NCBI RefSeq assembly: GCF_018350175.1
Contig: NC_058382.1
Span: 58,592,001-58,656,000 of the forward strand
DNA: 64,000 bases
Source of the DNA: Felis catus
Taxonomy: Eukaryota
Reading direction: 5' to 3'
Made by a program: the position numbers and the translations under genes. The notes beneath the pieces were generated by a model that worked only from the letters and a program-made list of their open reading frames with translations, was not told where the DNA came from and searched no databases. Every line of letters starts with the position of its first letter. Position 1 is the stretch's first letter. Of the stretch, positions 23,791 to 36,344 are shown piece by piece.

Positions 23791-24979
23791 CCGCAGGGAC
23801 GGCGCCCCGGTGTCCCCTTCCTCGCTCCTTGCCGTCAGCAAACATGGCCCGTCGGAGCAGACAGACGCGCGGGAGAAAACTTGCTCGCGCACAGGTCAGT
23901 CCTGGGGCGGCACCCGGGGCGGCACAGCTGGAAACGCGCCGGAACCCGGGGGACGGGGCTCCTCCCGGCCTCGGCAGGCTGCACCGGCGGCTCTCGCTTC
24001 CCTCCCACCGTCTGTGTGGGCCCTTTGCTCAGAGCCCGCAGGCCCTGCCGAGTCTCCGGGGGTCAGATAAAGAGGCTCAGAGTTCTCTCTTTGGATAAAA
24101 AGGTGCTGACTGTTCGCATAGCTGAGCCGAAGGAGCTGGTCTTTTAAAGGTATGTTTATGGACTGGTTCCAGAACTTGTCTCATGGGCCAAGCGGCAGCT
24201 TGGATTCCTGCGTGTTCTTTGAGCATCGTTTCCGTGCCAGGCACAGAGCAAGGCATGTGGGTCACGCAGCAATGACGCCCGTGGCTGCGTGCCACGGGAC
24301 CTCCCTGGTCCTCCCGGGGCGAGACACAGACAGATGCAGAGGGACGGCGGAAGGGGCTGCAGGAGACGCTTCCAGACCCCGTGGCCGCGTCACCCGGATT
24401 CACCCACAGCCCCGTGTTCGGCCACCTGAAATCAAGGTTCTCCTTCTCGGATTTCCCACTCTGGGAAAATTGCGGGACTTGTTCTGGCTGAGGGGGTGGC
24501 CCCTGGGCAGGACGGCCCCGTGGGGGCTCAGACAGCTGTAAAAACATGGGGGATGGGGAGCTTCCTCCTGGGGTCCCTGATGGGCATGTGCGTGCACAAC
24601 CCGCCTTGTGCACCCTCCCCCAGCACACCCTCCTGAACCTCGTGGGGGCACGCCCTTCCCAGCATGTGGCTCCAGGACCCCATCCGGGTCCTTCCGCCGG
24701 GCATCGGGAAGATGTGCCCTCCCCTCCAGCCAGGCTCACTTGCAGCCCTGCTTCAGTGATGACATATGCCTCTTCAGCAGCAAGGAATAAGGAAGGCCCC
24801 TCCCCTCCTGGCCACCCCCTTCGGGGCTCAACGCAGAGCACCCACCGGCTGGAACTCGCCTCAGTCACCTCTGTCTTCAGCATCTCCTTGCTCCAGATTC
24901 CCGCAGCGCTTTGCAAATCTCGCCCGGTGACATTCCTATTTGTGTGTGCCTGTCTTCTCTTGCTCGGATCAGTGCAGTA

Positions 24980-25705
24980 GCCTCTAAGCCACGCTCCCTG
25001 CCTCTACAGCACTAACAGTGATCTTCCTATTCACTCCCTCGCTTAATAATCATTGCTTCCCCGGCGCCCTGTTGCCTACAGGACAGAGTCCCAATTTCCC
25101 GACGAGATATCCAAGGCTCTCCCAGGCTAGCTGGCTTCCCTTGCCAAACAGCCCACCTCTCAGCCCCACCTTGAACCTGCCTGGATTTAGGTTGTCTCTT
25201 CCACCTGGAAAACATCCTGCTCCTTCCTCTGTGCCAGTGGTTCCCCACTAGGGGTAACTTTGCTCCCAGGGAACATTCAGCACCATCTGGAGACATTGCT
25301 CGTTGTCAGCAGTTGGCGGTGTGGGTGCTCCTGGTCAAAGCTAGGGGGTGCAGTTGTACGATGCACAGGACACACCCCGTGGCAAGAAGCATGTGGCCCC
25401 AAATGTCAGCCATGCTGAGGTCAGATCGAGGAGTCCCGCCCTAAGTCCCTCAGATGTCACGTGTCCGTGGTGAAGTCCCGTCAGATCCCCAGGCGTCAGT
25501 GCTCCTGTCCCCTCTGCCCAGGCCAGCCAGCTCTTCTGTGGTCTCACCCACAGCTCTCCGGCAGCCCTTGGGGGGACGGCCTGTCTCCCTGCCTGGCCCG
25601 GAGCTCCCCGAGGGCAGGGACTGTGTCCTCGTTAGCATCACCATGGGTTAACCTGGGGCTGGGGGCTCCAGGGAGCTTCGAAAATATTGATTGGTTGGAA
25701 CTGAA
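24980..25705 (+). mobile_element. L2 LINE 3' region interrupted by MER20
   Basis: cactccctcgcttaa...gcctacaggacagagtccca...; gagctccccgagggcagggactgtgtc...aaatattgattg at the 3' end. Confidence 0.6.
25235..25438. mobile_element. MER20 hAT MITE
   Basis: cagtggttcc...tttgctcccagggaacattc...tctggagacatt...atgcacaggaca...ggccccaaatgtcagccatgctgagg. Confidence 0.8.
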
Positions 25706-25742
25706 GATTCAACTTACCCCTCTTATTAGAAGTAGGATTTTG

Positions 25743-25952
25743 GGGGCGCCTGGGTGGCTCCGTCGGTTGAGCCACAGACTTTGGCTCAGGTCATGATCTC
25801 ACGGTGCGTGGGTTCGAGCCCCACGTCGGGCTCTGTGTTGAAAGCTTGGAGCCTGGACCCTGCTTTGGATTCGGTGTCTCCCTCTCTCTCCCCCTCCCCT
25901 GCTTGCACTGTCTCTCTCTCTCTCTCTCTCAAAAATAAACAACAAAAAAAGA
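25743..25952 (+). mobile_element. Can-SINE with 15-bp TSD
   Basis: ggggcgcctgggtggctc head; TSD agaa(g/a)taggattttg at 25728-25742 and 25953-25967. Confidence 0.97.
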
Positions 25953-26027
25953 AGAAATAGGATTTTGGTCTGGGATCCAGGCAGGAGTGTCAGGGGAACA
26001 GGAGCCCCTGGAATTGTTACACAGGGA

Positions 26028-26200
26028 GGTGGTCAAGGGCAGAGACTCAGGGCTCAAATCCTGGCTCCTCCACTAACTCGCTGTGTGACCTTGGGCCGCC
26101 CGCTTAACTTCTCTGTGCCTTCGTTGTCTCATCTGTGAAGTGGAGATAGATGACGGCACTCACCTGGGGTAGATTTAAAACACATGTGATACTCTGGCCA
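26028..26200 (+). mobile_element. MIR SINE
   Basis: gggctcaaatcctggctc..ccactaactcgctgtgtgaccttggg...cttaacttctctgtgcct...ctcatctgtgaagtgg. Confidence 0.8.
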
Positions 26201-27185
26201 CCCGGAAGTCTCACCGAGACCACGGGTAAAGACCCCGGGGAAGGAGGTGACCACGAGCCCCTCCAGTCCCGGGTCTTAGTCTCGCCAGCCCCGGGGTCCA
26301 GACAGGTGAGTGAGCGCCCAGCCCCCGCCCGGCTCGACCTGGCCGAGACCGCTGGCCGCCAGGATAGCGGGCGACCGTCCGGAAGTGTCGCTATTGTGCT
26401 GGGGTTCTGACTGCGTGCGGTAGGTAAAAATGAGGCGCATCCGCGCGGGCAAGTCCTGAGCGCCTTCCCCGACCCTAGCAAGGGCTTAGGGAACGCTAAG
26501 TATTGTCGTTCATTCGTTCGACATGTTCACGGAGTCCCACGCGTGCCGGGCACGACTCTTGGCCTCTGGGGACAAGCCCTCGCGGAGCTTACGGCCGGGA
26601 CAGGAGCAGGCAGCAGCCGGCACACAGGTCACCGGTGTGGCTTCTCGGGGCCGCTCTGGGGGTGGTGTCGGTGCCCCCCCCGGGAGGTCACGGGGCCACG
26701 GTCACTTGTGAGCACGGGTCCTCAGATGAGCAGCCTCAGTCCCGTGCCCCTGGCAGCTCGGGGCCCCGACCTCGCCGGCCCCTGTCCTCAGCTGTGCCGG
26801 GAAGACAGTGGTGGCTGCTGGGAACCCAGCTCACGAGGGGCAGGCCTGGGGCTTCCTGCTGTAGCCCCACCCTAGTGCCCGAGGAGTGCTGGCCCCACTC
26901 CAGCCGTGCCTCAGTTTCCCCTCCTGGGCAGGGGCCGTCGTGGTACAAGTGGCCTCCTGGGGGGTCGTGAGGACTCAGGGAGGTGGTCCTGGAGACGCCC
27001 TGGGCCCGAGGCGAAGGCCTTTGTGCTAGCATTTCATCTCTCTGGGCGAGGCGGATGAGATCAGCACCTTTTGTTTCTAGGAAACTCACAGACAACTGGC
27101 TCTAATAAAACCAGGCAGCTGGGCGCAGGCGGGCAGGAAGTGGGGAGGACCCGGGCTCCTCCCGCAGGCCCAGGAAGCCGGTCAC

Positions 27186-27299
27186 GCCAGGGCCCTAGGA
27201 GCCCCCTCCCGAGGACGCGGGGCCAGGGCCCTAGGAGCCCCCTCCCGAGGACGCGGGGCCAGCGCCCTAGGAGCCCCCTCCCGAGGACGCGGGGCCAGG
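27186..27299. repeat. Minisatellite, 36 bp unit, 3 copies
   Basis: gccag(g/c)gccctaggagccccctcccgaggacgcggg starts at 27186, 27222 and 27258. Confidence 0.97.
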
Positions 27300-28120
27300 C
27301 GTCTTCCCCGCCCGAGGTGGTCAGCAGCGTACCGGGCGCGGGGTCCTGGGGTCCCGGGGACGAGGGAGCATGTGCGGCCCCTCTCCCGCCCCTGGCTCTG
27401 CCCCTTTCCTCTTCTCCCCAGCCAGCTGTTGACATTGTGAGAAATTGCTCCCTAAGGCAGTTTGGAAATATGAAAGGACGCACTTCAGCAGCAATAAATC
27501 ATGCTTTCTGTCCTCGATCCTGCGGGGGACGCTATGGATTAGACCGTTTTCTGGGGATTAAGCGAACCTGATGACAGGCGGGGTCTGAAGCTCCTGCGGT
27601 CAAGCCGTGCTGACAGACCGCCACGGTCACGGCCTTACGTGGGCACCTTTCCCTGCAGGGCTGCCGAGGACACGTGGATGCTGTTGTTGGACGTGGCTCG
27701 CAGCATCCAGGAGCCTCTAGCTGTGCTGGGGACGTTCCCCGCCGGGAACCTGGAGAGAACAGAGCTTGGGAGCCCTGCCCTTTGCTGGTGCCCGGGGCGG
27801 CCGGGCTCTAAGGTGAGTAGGTCAGGGCGGAGCCCAGCCTCCCTCCGTCACGCGGAGAGCCCAGCACGCGGGGCGCTAGGGTCCAGTGGTTACCCCAGGC
27901 GAGCGGGGCTGGTCCGGCACACGAGAATACCCTCTTTAACGGAGTGAAGCGGAAAATACCAGAAGGCCATCTTGGTACGGCCGGAAAACACGTTTCAAGA
28001 ATTTGACAACAGCTCACGATGAAAATCTCGCTTTGGGAAGGAGGAAGACTTTCTGAACCGGAGAAAGGCTCATGGATCAATGGATGCCTGCAGCTTGCGG
28101 TTCACTTCACAGCAGAGGCT

Positions 28121-28348
28121 GGGGCGCCTGGGGGCTCCGTCCTTGAGGCGTCCGACTCGGGCTCAGGTCACGATCTCGCTGTCCGTGGGTTCAGGCCCCG
28201 CGTCGGGCTCTGTGCTGACGGCTCGGAGCCCGGAGGCTGCCTCGGATTCTGCGTCTCCCTCTCCCTCTGCCCCTCCCCTGCTCGCGCAAGTGCGCTCGCT
28301 CTCTCTGAAAACGAAATAAACATTAACGACAACAATAGAAACCAACCA
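28121..28348 (+). mobile_element. Can-SINE with 12-bp TSD, GC-shifted
   Basis: TSD acagca(g/c)aggct at 28109-28120 and 28349-28360. Confidence 0.95.
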
Positions 28349-28489
28349 ACAGCACAGGCTGACTGTGTCCCTGACAGGGGCCGAGACAGGGGTGCCCGCC
28401 ACCCCTTGCCCACCGCGGTCTGCCCCCCGAGGGCACGGCCGGGGCGGGGAGGCATCACCAGGAGGGAGCCGCCGGAAAGAAGGAAGAAC

Positions 28490-30706
28490 ACGTGGTTACG
28501 ACTGTAAACGTAGAAGTTTCTAAGGAGGTCACCGAAGAACTCCTGGAAGCAGTGAGTGAATGTTGCAAGACAGCAAATACTAGATCGCTTGACGACAAAA
28601 TTGAGTCACGTTTTCTATAATCAATAGCTGGAAAGTAAAAACGTAAAAGCACCGTGTAAAATTGTATCAAAACCATCACCTATTTCGGGGCCAGTGAAAC
28701 CGTAATGCTGATGGACAGTTTGCTGATGAACAGCGACAACGACCTAAGGAAACGGCGTGCTAGCCCACGTTATGGCCCAGAAGACTCGCCGTTTTTCAGA
28801 TGTCAGCCTTCCCCAAACCGATCTACGGATTTAACGTCATCTTAATAAAATCTCAACAGCCTTAAAAAAACAAACACAAAAACAACCCTGGCCAGCCGAC
28901 GTGAGAACCACCACGGAGATGGAAAGAACTGAAGGGAGCAAACACACATTGGGGAAACAAGGATAAAGTGGGAGGGCTTACGAGACCCGATCTCAAGCCT
29001 TCGGATAAAGCCGTGGCAACTGGGACGGCCTGGCTGTGACTCACAGGCAGACGTGGGGACCAGTGGAACGGGGCAGAGAGCCATGAACTGAACCACACGT
29101 GTGTGGTCAAGTGATTCAGGGGAAGGGGAGTCGTTTCCTGGAATGGGTGTCCACCGGGCCCAGTGCCGTTCAGCAGAAGCACGATGCGAGCCGCGCACGT
29201 GATTGAAAGTTCCCGGCGGCCATCCTAAAAAGGTGAAAGGAAATGGGTAGAATTAATTTTAATGACGTAGTCTGTTTAAGCCAGTATACCCACAACGTTG
29301 TCATTTCAACGTACAATCAGTAAAATCACCAGAAAAATCATTTTACTTTGTTTCTCGGCTCCAAGCGTCTGAGATGTGTTGCGTGTTCTTAACGGATAGC
29401 GCGTCTTGATTCGGACTAGCCACGTTTTAAGCGCGCAGCTGGTACCTGTGGCCAGCGGCTCCAAGTTTGGACATCGTGGGTGACGGACAAAAACGCACGT
29501 TGAACGTTAACTCACGCCATTCACAAAATTAAACCCAAATGCATTACGTACCTAAACATGCCAGCCATAAACGACGAAATCCCAAGGGGAAAGCCTAGGA
29601 GAAGATCTTCGCAACCTTGGGCAGTCAAAGGTCTCTTAGATAAAAACCCAAAGAATGTGAACTGTACAAGGAAAACATTGATATTTTAATGTTAAGCAAA
29701 ATTTAAAACTCAGCTTCTTCAAAAGACGCCATAGGAAAATGGGAAAGGCCACCGTGGTCACCGGTAGGAAGAAAGTATTCATGACGCGTGCATCGGACGA
29801 AGGACCGCTATCCAGTATATTAAAAGCAAAACAAAACAAAAATGCGTTACGCCGGACAATCATTCAATCCTACGAAAAGAGGGGGAAAACGTTAGAAGAT
29901 ACTTCAGACAAAAAGATGCACAAACGGTCATCAAGCACACTGAAGTTGCTTGACCACACGAGTCCTCAGGGGAACGCAAGTGAGAGCCACAGGGAGCTAC
30001 ACACCCGTTCGAGTGGCTAAATTAAAGACCAGACAATACCAAGTGTTGGCGAGGAGTAGGGCGACTGGAATTTCTGTTGCTGGTGAGAACGTACCATTAT
30101 ACACTCACTGTGGACAACAGTTTTGTAGATTCTTCTAGAACCAAACATACATTTACTGTATGAGCCCGTCTCCCCGGGAGAAAGGAAAGCATACGCCCAC
30201 GGATGGATGTGAACACGAATGCTCACGGCTACTTCGTAATTGCAGCCCCAGACTGGAAACAACCCTGATGCCCATCAAGGGCGAGTCGGTAAACACACCG
30301 TGGCGTAGCCACACCGTGGAATCCTACTCAGCTACGAGAAGGGAAGAAACCACTGCTGGTTCGTGGAATGTGGGCGAATCTCAAAAACATTATGCCGAGT
30401 GGAAGCACATAGACGCGGGAGACCATACACAGCGTGATTCCCCTTTTATAAAACTCTAGAAAAGGTGGACCTCAGTTAGTAGCAAGAAGCAGATTAATGG
30501 TTGCTTGGGGCCGGGATTGGGGGAGGGAGCAGGGGTTGTCGGAAGAGGGGCTTACGGGAACGTTTCGGGGATGACGGGAAGCTCTGTGTCTCGTTTGCGG
30601 TGGGGGTTACGCGGGCGGTACAAACTCGTGAGAACATGGTGAAATGTACACTTGAAAAGAGTGGTCCGGTTTTGGACGCAGATCATGCCTCAAAGACGTC
30701 AACGTA
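28490..30706 (+). mobile_element. Old LINE-1 (L1M), from the RT region to the 3' end, interrupted by MER33
   Basis: gtagaagtttctaaggag...gaactcctggaagcagtgagtgaa (ENPKES..KLLELI-like), ttccccaaaccgatctac, ctggaaacaaccc, gaatctcaaaaacattatgc; many indels. Confidence 0.85.
29161..29479. mobile_element. MER33 hAT MITE, full length, nested in L1
   Basis: cagtgccgttcagcagaa..atgcgagcc...aattaattttaat...tcatttcaac...attcggactagccac...ttggacatcgtgg; the L1 sequence resumes on both sides. Confidence 0.8.
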
Positions 30707-30914
30707 GCGAGAGTTAGCATCTCACAAAATAGTTGGAATGCACAGATGAACGAAGTGTTAAACACACATCACCTGTAATCCTACACTTCGGAAATGACCT
30801 GTAAAGATTGTGGAGCGCAGCCGAAACGATTTTATAGATATTTTATTTGCATGTATGTGTATATATGCGGAGTCTTACAAAATCAGAGTCCTGTTACGTC
30901 TATATTCCTTTTTC

Positions 30915-31200
30915 TGTTTTTTTTTTAAAGTTTATTTATTTTGAGAGAGAGCTAGAGAGAGAGAGAGAGAGACCGAGAATCTTTTTTTTTTTTTTTAAAT
31001 CTTTAACGATTATTTATTTTTGAGCGCGAGACAGTGAGAGCCAGGGAGAAGCAGAGAGAGAGGGAGACCCAGAATCCAAAACAGGCTCCAGGCCCTGGGC
31101 TGTCAGCGCACAGCCCAACGTGGGGCTCGAACTCACGAACCGGGAGATGGTGACCTGAGCCGAAGTCGGCCGCTTAACCGACTGAGCCACCCAGGCGCCC
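30915..31200 (-). mobile_element. Can-SINE (30981-31200) plus an extra truncated SINE tail (30915-30980)
   Basis: Full body ending caggcgccc at 31200; second (GA)n/T tail; ttcctttttc flanks both ends (30905, 31201). Confidence 0.93.
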
Positions 31201-31989
31201 TTCCTTTTTCCATTTAACAGCGTCTTGAGGGCCTATGTCCACATCCTCCCGAGCACTTTCGTACCACACTCTCAGTGGCTGAAGGGCAGCATCCCAGGGC
31301 CACACCCGCGTCCGCATCACCGGCCCCGCCGGGGGCGCGTGTGGGCGCTCTTTCCCATTTTCGCCGTCGTGAGCACGCTGAGCCAAGCGTCTTCCCTGGT
31401 TGCGTTCCGAGCAGCGGCCTGGCTCGGTTGAACGCGCGGACGTTGTGAGGGGTATTGACGACTGATGCCCCAGCAGCCCCGGCCGGCCCAGCACGGGGGT
31501 CGGGACTCCCCTCATCGGCGTGCGAGCTGAGCCTTAGGGCCCCTTCTGCCGGTTGGCTGCCCCCCCCCCCCCCGCCCCTTGGGTCCTCCTGTGGGTTTTC
31601 TTTCCCCGCTCAGTTCTACCAGAGACCGAGCACGCACGAAGACCTGGGACCTCTGCTCTTCTGGGAGGCGTGTGGGTGGACGTGTGCTGGGGAGGGTCCC
31701 GGTACCTGCAGGGAGACAGAGTTGAGCTGCTGGGAGAATCTCTCGCGCTCTGGCGCTCAGGGAGGCCAGCAGGTGGGTAGCCCTGCGGCTTGGCACGCTC
31801 CCTGAGCAGACACCAGCCGGTTCAGAGAGAATGCCAGAGAAAGGGTGAAGGGACACGGTGAAGTCTCGGGAGGAAGGGCAGTTCAGGGGTCTCAGGGCCG
31901 CAGCTGGCTTGCTTTGGGGGATGGTTCAAAGGTCTGATGGAGGAGGGGGCAGCGAGGCCAGTATCGTCTCCTTACGGGAGATAAATTCC

Positions 31990-32085
31990 TCTCCTTGGAA
32001 AGGAGCGAGCTCCCCGCTCCTAGGAGCATTCAAGCCGGACGGCAGCTTCTTGGCACGGGATGTGGCCTGCAGCTGGACCAGGGTC
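31990..32085 (+). mobile_element. L3/CR1 LINE 3' fragment
   Basis: gagctccccgctcctaggagcattcaagc...ggcacgggatg resembles CR1/L3 tccccgtcactggaggtgttcaagc. Confidence 0.4.
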
Positions 32086-33368
32086 TGCACACTGGCCCAG
32101 TCGGTCCCTCTCAAGGGCGGGATGCTCGCTGACATCATCGCGGGTGGTCTGTTCCCTCCGTTCCGTTCCGTGGTGCAGTAGGGCGGCCGTGTAGACAGCG
32201 TCCGACCCACGACCTGCGGGCTCCGGGGTCCCCAGCGTGGTTGGTGGCTGTCCTGTGGGGGGACAGCTGGCTGCGTCACTGGAGGCCGCTCCGCCAGCCC
32301 TGGCCACCCTCGCCCGGCGAGTGGGTGAAATCCAGGTGGGCTGCCTGGCAGGAGCAGTGGGAACGTGGGACTGAAGGCGGCCCATGGGTCGGTGGGGGTT
32401 GGGCCGGGGATGACAGGGGGCAAAGGGCAGGCAGGAAGCCGGCAGCCCACCCACCCAGGCCTCTGCCGGCACAGGCTGCGGTGGCCAGAAACGGCTTCCT
32501 CCGGCGGCCGGCGTGGGGAGAAAGGAACCACACTCAGTTCCTGCATCGCAAAGGAGAGGAAGAGGCGAAGGTTGTGACCTGCTGAAGGCACCGCACTTTC
32601 CCCAGCTCTGGGAGCGATTTGCATGGGAACCCGCGAGGCGGAAGCGGTATTTTAGCTGCTTTCCAAGGCTGATGAACAGCAGAAGACACGGGAGGTGGGA
32701 CGACGGATCCGGATTTCCGTGCTCAAGACCTCTTTCCAGAGAAGACGCAAACACTGGCACCTGGGAGTCTCCCGACCGCATCCAGGGCTCTTGGGGGGGT
32801 GGGGGATGGGGACCGCGGGCAGGCCCGTTGTCCCGCCGCCCTGCCAGCTGTGAGCCGGGGTGGGGGGCAGCTCGCCTCTCCCCAGGTGCTGCACCTGCTT
32901 CCCCGTCTGGCAACATCACGCCCGGCAGGATTCGTCTGCGGGTTTAACTGAGATGATACGCAGAGAGTAGCCGCGGTGTGTGATTTCAAATATCTGGACC
33001 CTGGAAATGAATCAGACCTTTCTCATTGGCCTCCGGCGACTCAGTCCGTTTAGTTGTAACACGCAGCCCAGTAGGGACGTGAAGCATCTCACGGTAAAGG
33101 GACAACAGTAAGGGTTTCAGACAGCCCTATGCCGCGCCGGCTGTGGGCTAAGTGCTTTCTGTGGATGATCCCAACCAGTCGCCCTGAGAACCCTGTGGGA
33201 ACCGGTTTATTGTTAGGCCCGTGTGGCACCGGGGGGGGGGGGGGAACTGCCCAGAGCTATTCAGCCTGCAGGTGCAGGGCTGGGGTCCCAGCGCGGGCCC
33301 CGCGGGCCGCCCGTCACCCTTCATCAGACGCCCCCGCCCCGCACGAGGCAGCAGACCCGAACACGGGC

Positions 33369-33515
33369 GCGTGGTCTCAAAGTGGGGGGGTGTGGGTGGA
33401 CTTTCTGGGGACCCAGAACGGTATGCAAATTTATGTAAATATGAAGCACTTCTCCCTGGGAAGCAGTTCCATTGACTCTGTAAGATTTCTCGAAGGTCAT
33501 CAGCTGGTTCCCGGT
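33369..33515. mobile_element. Old hAT-Charlie MITE relic
   Basis: gtggtctcaaa...gtatgcaaa...ctggg...tccat...agatttctcgaagg, a layout typical of ancient Charlie-type MITEs. Confidence 0.4.
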
Positions 33516-34672
33516 CCCAGATCCGGTTCCCTGGAGACGGACCTGAAGCAGGATTTGTGTCCCGGCGGTAAAGGCCACGGGAGAAACCAGGACAGGTGAG
33601 GAAGGACAGAAGGAGAGACAACACCCCAGGCCAGCGGCGTCCTGGGGTCAAGGTCCACCCACCGGGGGGGGGGGGGGCAGGGGGACTCGGGGTGGGGGCG
33701 AGCCACACCGCAGAGCCGGCTTCCAGACTCCCCCACGGTAACCCGGGGCTCTGGGACCGTTCTCAGAGAGTCCCAGGTGCCCGGCCATCGAAGCAGGAGT
33801 GGAGACGCTGGAGGAAGGACACGCGGAAACCATTCGCCCGGTGGGACGTCACCCTGTTCGTAGGCTCATCGCCGCAGCTGGGGTGTTGGGGCTCCGAGGG
33901 CTGACGTGCGCCCCACGGAGCTGCCAGGAGCCGGGCACGCTTAGCACCCATCTGCTGGCGGCCGTGGGCAAGTCTGCCCTTCGATCATTGGCACCCGTTG
34001 GTGGAACCACATCATCTTCCGTGTCCACACGACTCCACCTGTGGCCGAGGGGGTCCTGACAGCTCTGGCGGATGGCCTTGGGCACTTTGTCCCGACTGGG
34101 CCGTGACTCTGTCCTAGGAAGATCCCGTTCCACTGGCTTGTGTCGACAGATGCCGTTTTGGGGCGTCGCTGGGGTCCCTCTTGCCAGGCCTCAGTTCCCT
34201 CGCCTGCGGTCCGGGCTCATCCCAGCGCTGAGGTCGGGGCCACTCTGCACGCCATAGCCTGGTCTCCTCAACGGTGCAGCGCACGGGGAAATCAGGGGAG
34301 CCGGGGACCCTGGCCTGGGGTAAAAACGCCCCAGTGCAACGCGCAGGCCTCCGTTGGATCCTGGTCCATTTTGGGGTCCTCTGGGGAGATCCGAACACAG
34401 ACCAGGTAGCAGACGATTGGGGAATTACTGTTACTTTTGCTAGGTGAGCCAACAGCATCGTGATCGCAGGGACGAATGTCTTTCCGTTTTCAGAGATGCC
34501 GCGGTGATGTTTAGGACTGAAGTACGTGCATGTCCGCACGATGCTAGTGGGTTCCACAACGTCTATGACTATCGGCCGCGCAGAAAAATTGGCAAAAAGC
34601 TAATCGCTGAGTCTAAGTCGCAGACATATGGGACGCAGTCGCTTCTACTATGTTTGAAAATTTCGTAACGAT

Positions 34673-34889
34673 GGGGCGCCTGGGTGGCGCAGTTGGTTAA
34701 GCGTCTGACTTCAGCCAGGTCACGATCTCGCGGTCCGGGAGTTCGAGCCCCGCGTCGGGCTCTGGGCTGATGGCTCGGAGCCTGGAGCCTGTTTCCGATT
34801 CTGTGTCTCCCTCTCTCTCTGCCCCTCCCCCGTTCATGCTCTGTCTCTCTCTGTCCCAAAAATAAATTTAAAAAAGTTGAAAAAAAAGA
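34673..34889 (+). mobile_element. Young-looking Can-SINE with 15-bp TSD
   Basis: CpG-intact body (gtggcgcag, cagccaggtcacg, ctgggctgatgg); TSD gaaaatttc(g/a)taacg at 34656-34670 and 34890-34904. Confidence 0.98.
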
Positions 34890-35428
34890 GAAAATTTCAT
34901 AACGCAAACTTAACCACTTGGGTCAGAGTGGAGGAGAGCCCAGGCAAGTGCATGCATGAGCTGAGTGCTGTGCAGGTGTGGGCCAGTTCCCGCCTGAGCA
35001 GCGAGCTGGCCACCGGCCTTCCGATGACAGAGTCCCAGCTGGCCCATCTGCCCTTCTCCCACCACAGGGGCCCAGGCCCCGTCCCCGGGCCCCCGGACCA
35101 GCGCACACTTTCAAACTGTCCTTCCTCTGGCCCGAGGGCCATGGCCACACGTCGCCCCCACGGCCCTGCTGTCCCCGGGGGCTGCCCCAGACCCTGGGCG
35201 GTGGAGCCAGGGTGTCCCAGGGCAGAGGCCCCCTCTTCCTCCCCGGCTCATTCACATGTCAGTGCTTGAGAAGCGCTTTCCTCTCTGGGGGGCTGCTGGA
35301 GAGTGCTGACGGGTGCGAGCACTGTCGCCGGGGGCGGGGGGGTGGTAAGCTCAGCCAGCCCAGGAGGCCAGGGTGCAGGGAGGGGAAGGGGAGGGCAGGG
35401 CCACGCCAGCAGCAGCGGGCAGTGCGCA

Positions 35429-35595
35429 CAGTGGTTCTTTTCTGGCTCGGGCTTCGGGGCCCCTCTCGCTGGCCCTGCGCCTCGGGGCCCCAGTGGGCTG
35501 GGCCTGGTTCTGCGGGTGGGCCCGGGACCCTGCATTTCTCTCAGATCCCTGGTGATGCCGATGCGGCCGGCCATGGCCACACGACGTCCTCTGCT
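35429..35595. mobile_element. MER5-family MITE
   Basis: cagtggttct...gggtgggcccgggaccctgcatttct...ccctggtgatgccgatgc. Confidence 0.55.
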
Positions 35596-36344
35596 TCAAG
35601 GGCAAGGTGGCCGTGGGGAGCCTCATGATGGGGTCGAACCCTGTCCGGCTTCCTGCCCCTCAGAGGGACCAATGTGCTGAGCAAGTACAGGCCTCCCTCT
35701 AGGGCCGAGCCCCTCCTCCGATGCTGCCTGGCGTGGGTACGTGCAGGTGCCCTCTGACCCCGGGGCTAGGGGTCAGCTGCCCTCCATTTGTCATCATGAC
35801 CTAAGCCCCAGGGAGGCAGGGCCCCTTCCTGAGAGGAAACTAAGTGGGGGCAGCAGTGGCCTTGGACACGGAGGGCCTTTGCTCAGCACAACAGGCCCAG
35901 CCGGGCCGGACTGGGGATGGGCAGGGGAGCCCAGAGAAGCCTGCTTCTGCCCTCGAGTGCTCAGAAACTTCCAGAAGGCTGTGTGCTCCCCACTAGAGCT
36001 CTCCACAAGGGCTGCCTCCCTCCGCGGGTGACCAGGTGGGAACCCTGGCCCCCGCCATTAGTTCCCCTGAGTGGGTGCAGCTGACCGCACTGTCACCATG
36101 CCATGGGACAGGCTGGGTCCCCCGGGTTCCCCGCCGCCGCCCCCCCCGCCTTTTCCCAGCGTGGACTGACACCTGGCCTGTGTTGCTCTGCTTCGTGGGG
36201 GTAATTTGTTCAAAACTGCTCATTGTCTGTGGCCCCAGCAGGAGTGGGCACACCTGTCCTGTCCCAGCACGGCGCTCAACACAGAGCGTGGCTCCGTGTA
36301 GAGGCGTGGCAGGTGAACCAACCAAGGGACCAGACAGGTGATCC

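Noticed and set aside
31858..32181. 107-aa ORF with ordinary-looking composition
   Set aside because: It overlaps a probable L3/CR1 relic, starts at GTG, and has no recognised homology.
33423..33440. Tandem octamer ATGCAAAT/ATGTAAAT as a POU enhancer
   Set aside because: It lies within what looks like an old hAT MITE that already carries gtatgcaaa; there is no independent support.
34673..34760. tRNA gene-like A/B boxes
   Set aside because: This is the tRNA-derived head of a Can-SINE, followed by the SINE body, (CT)n, A-tail and TSD.
35137..35583. Direct repeat ggccatggccacacg at about 35137 and 35568 as a TSD
   Set aside because: The second copy is inside a MER5-like end, and the enclosed sequence is not a coherent element; likely chance.
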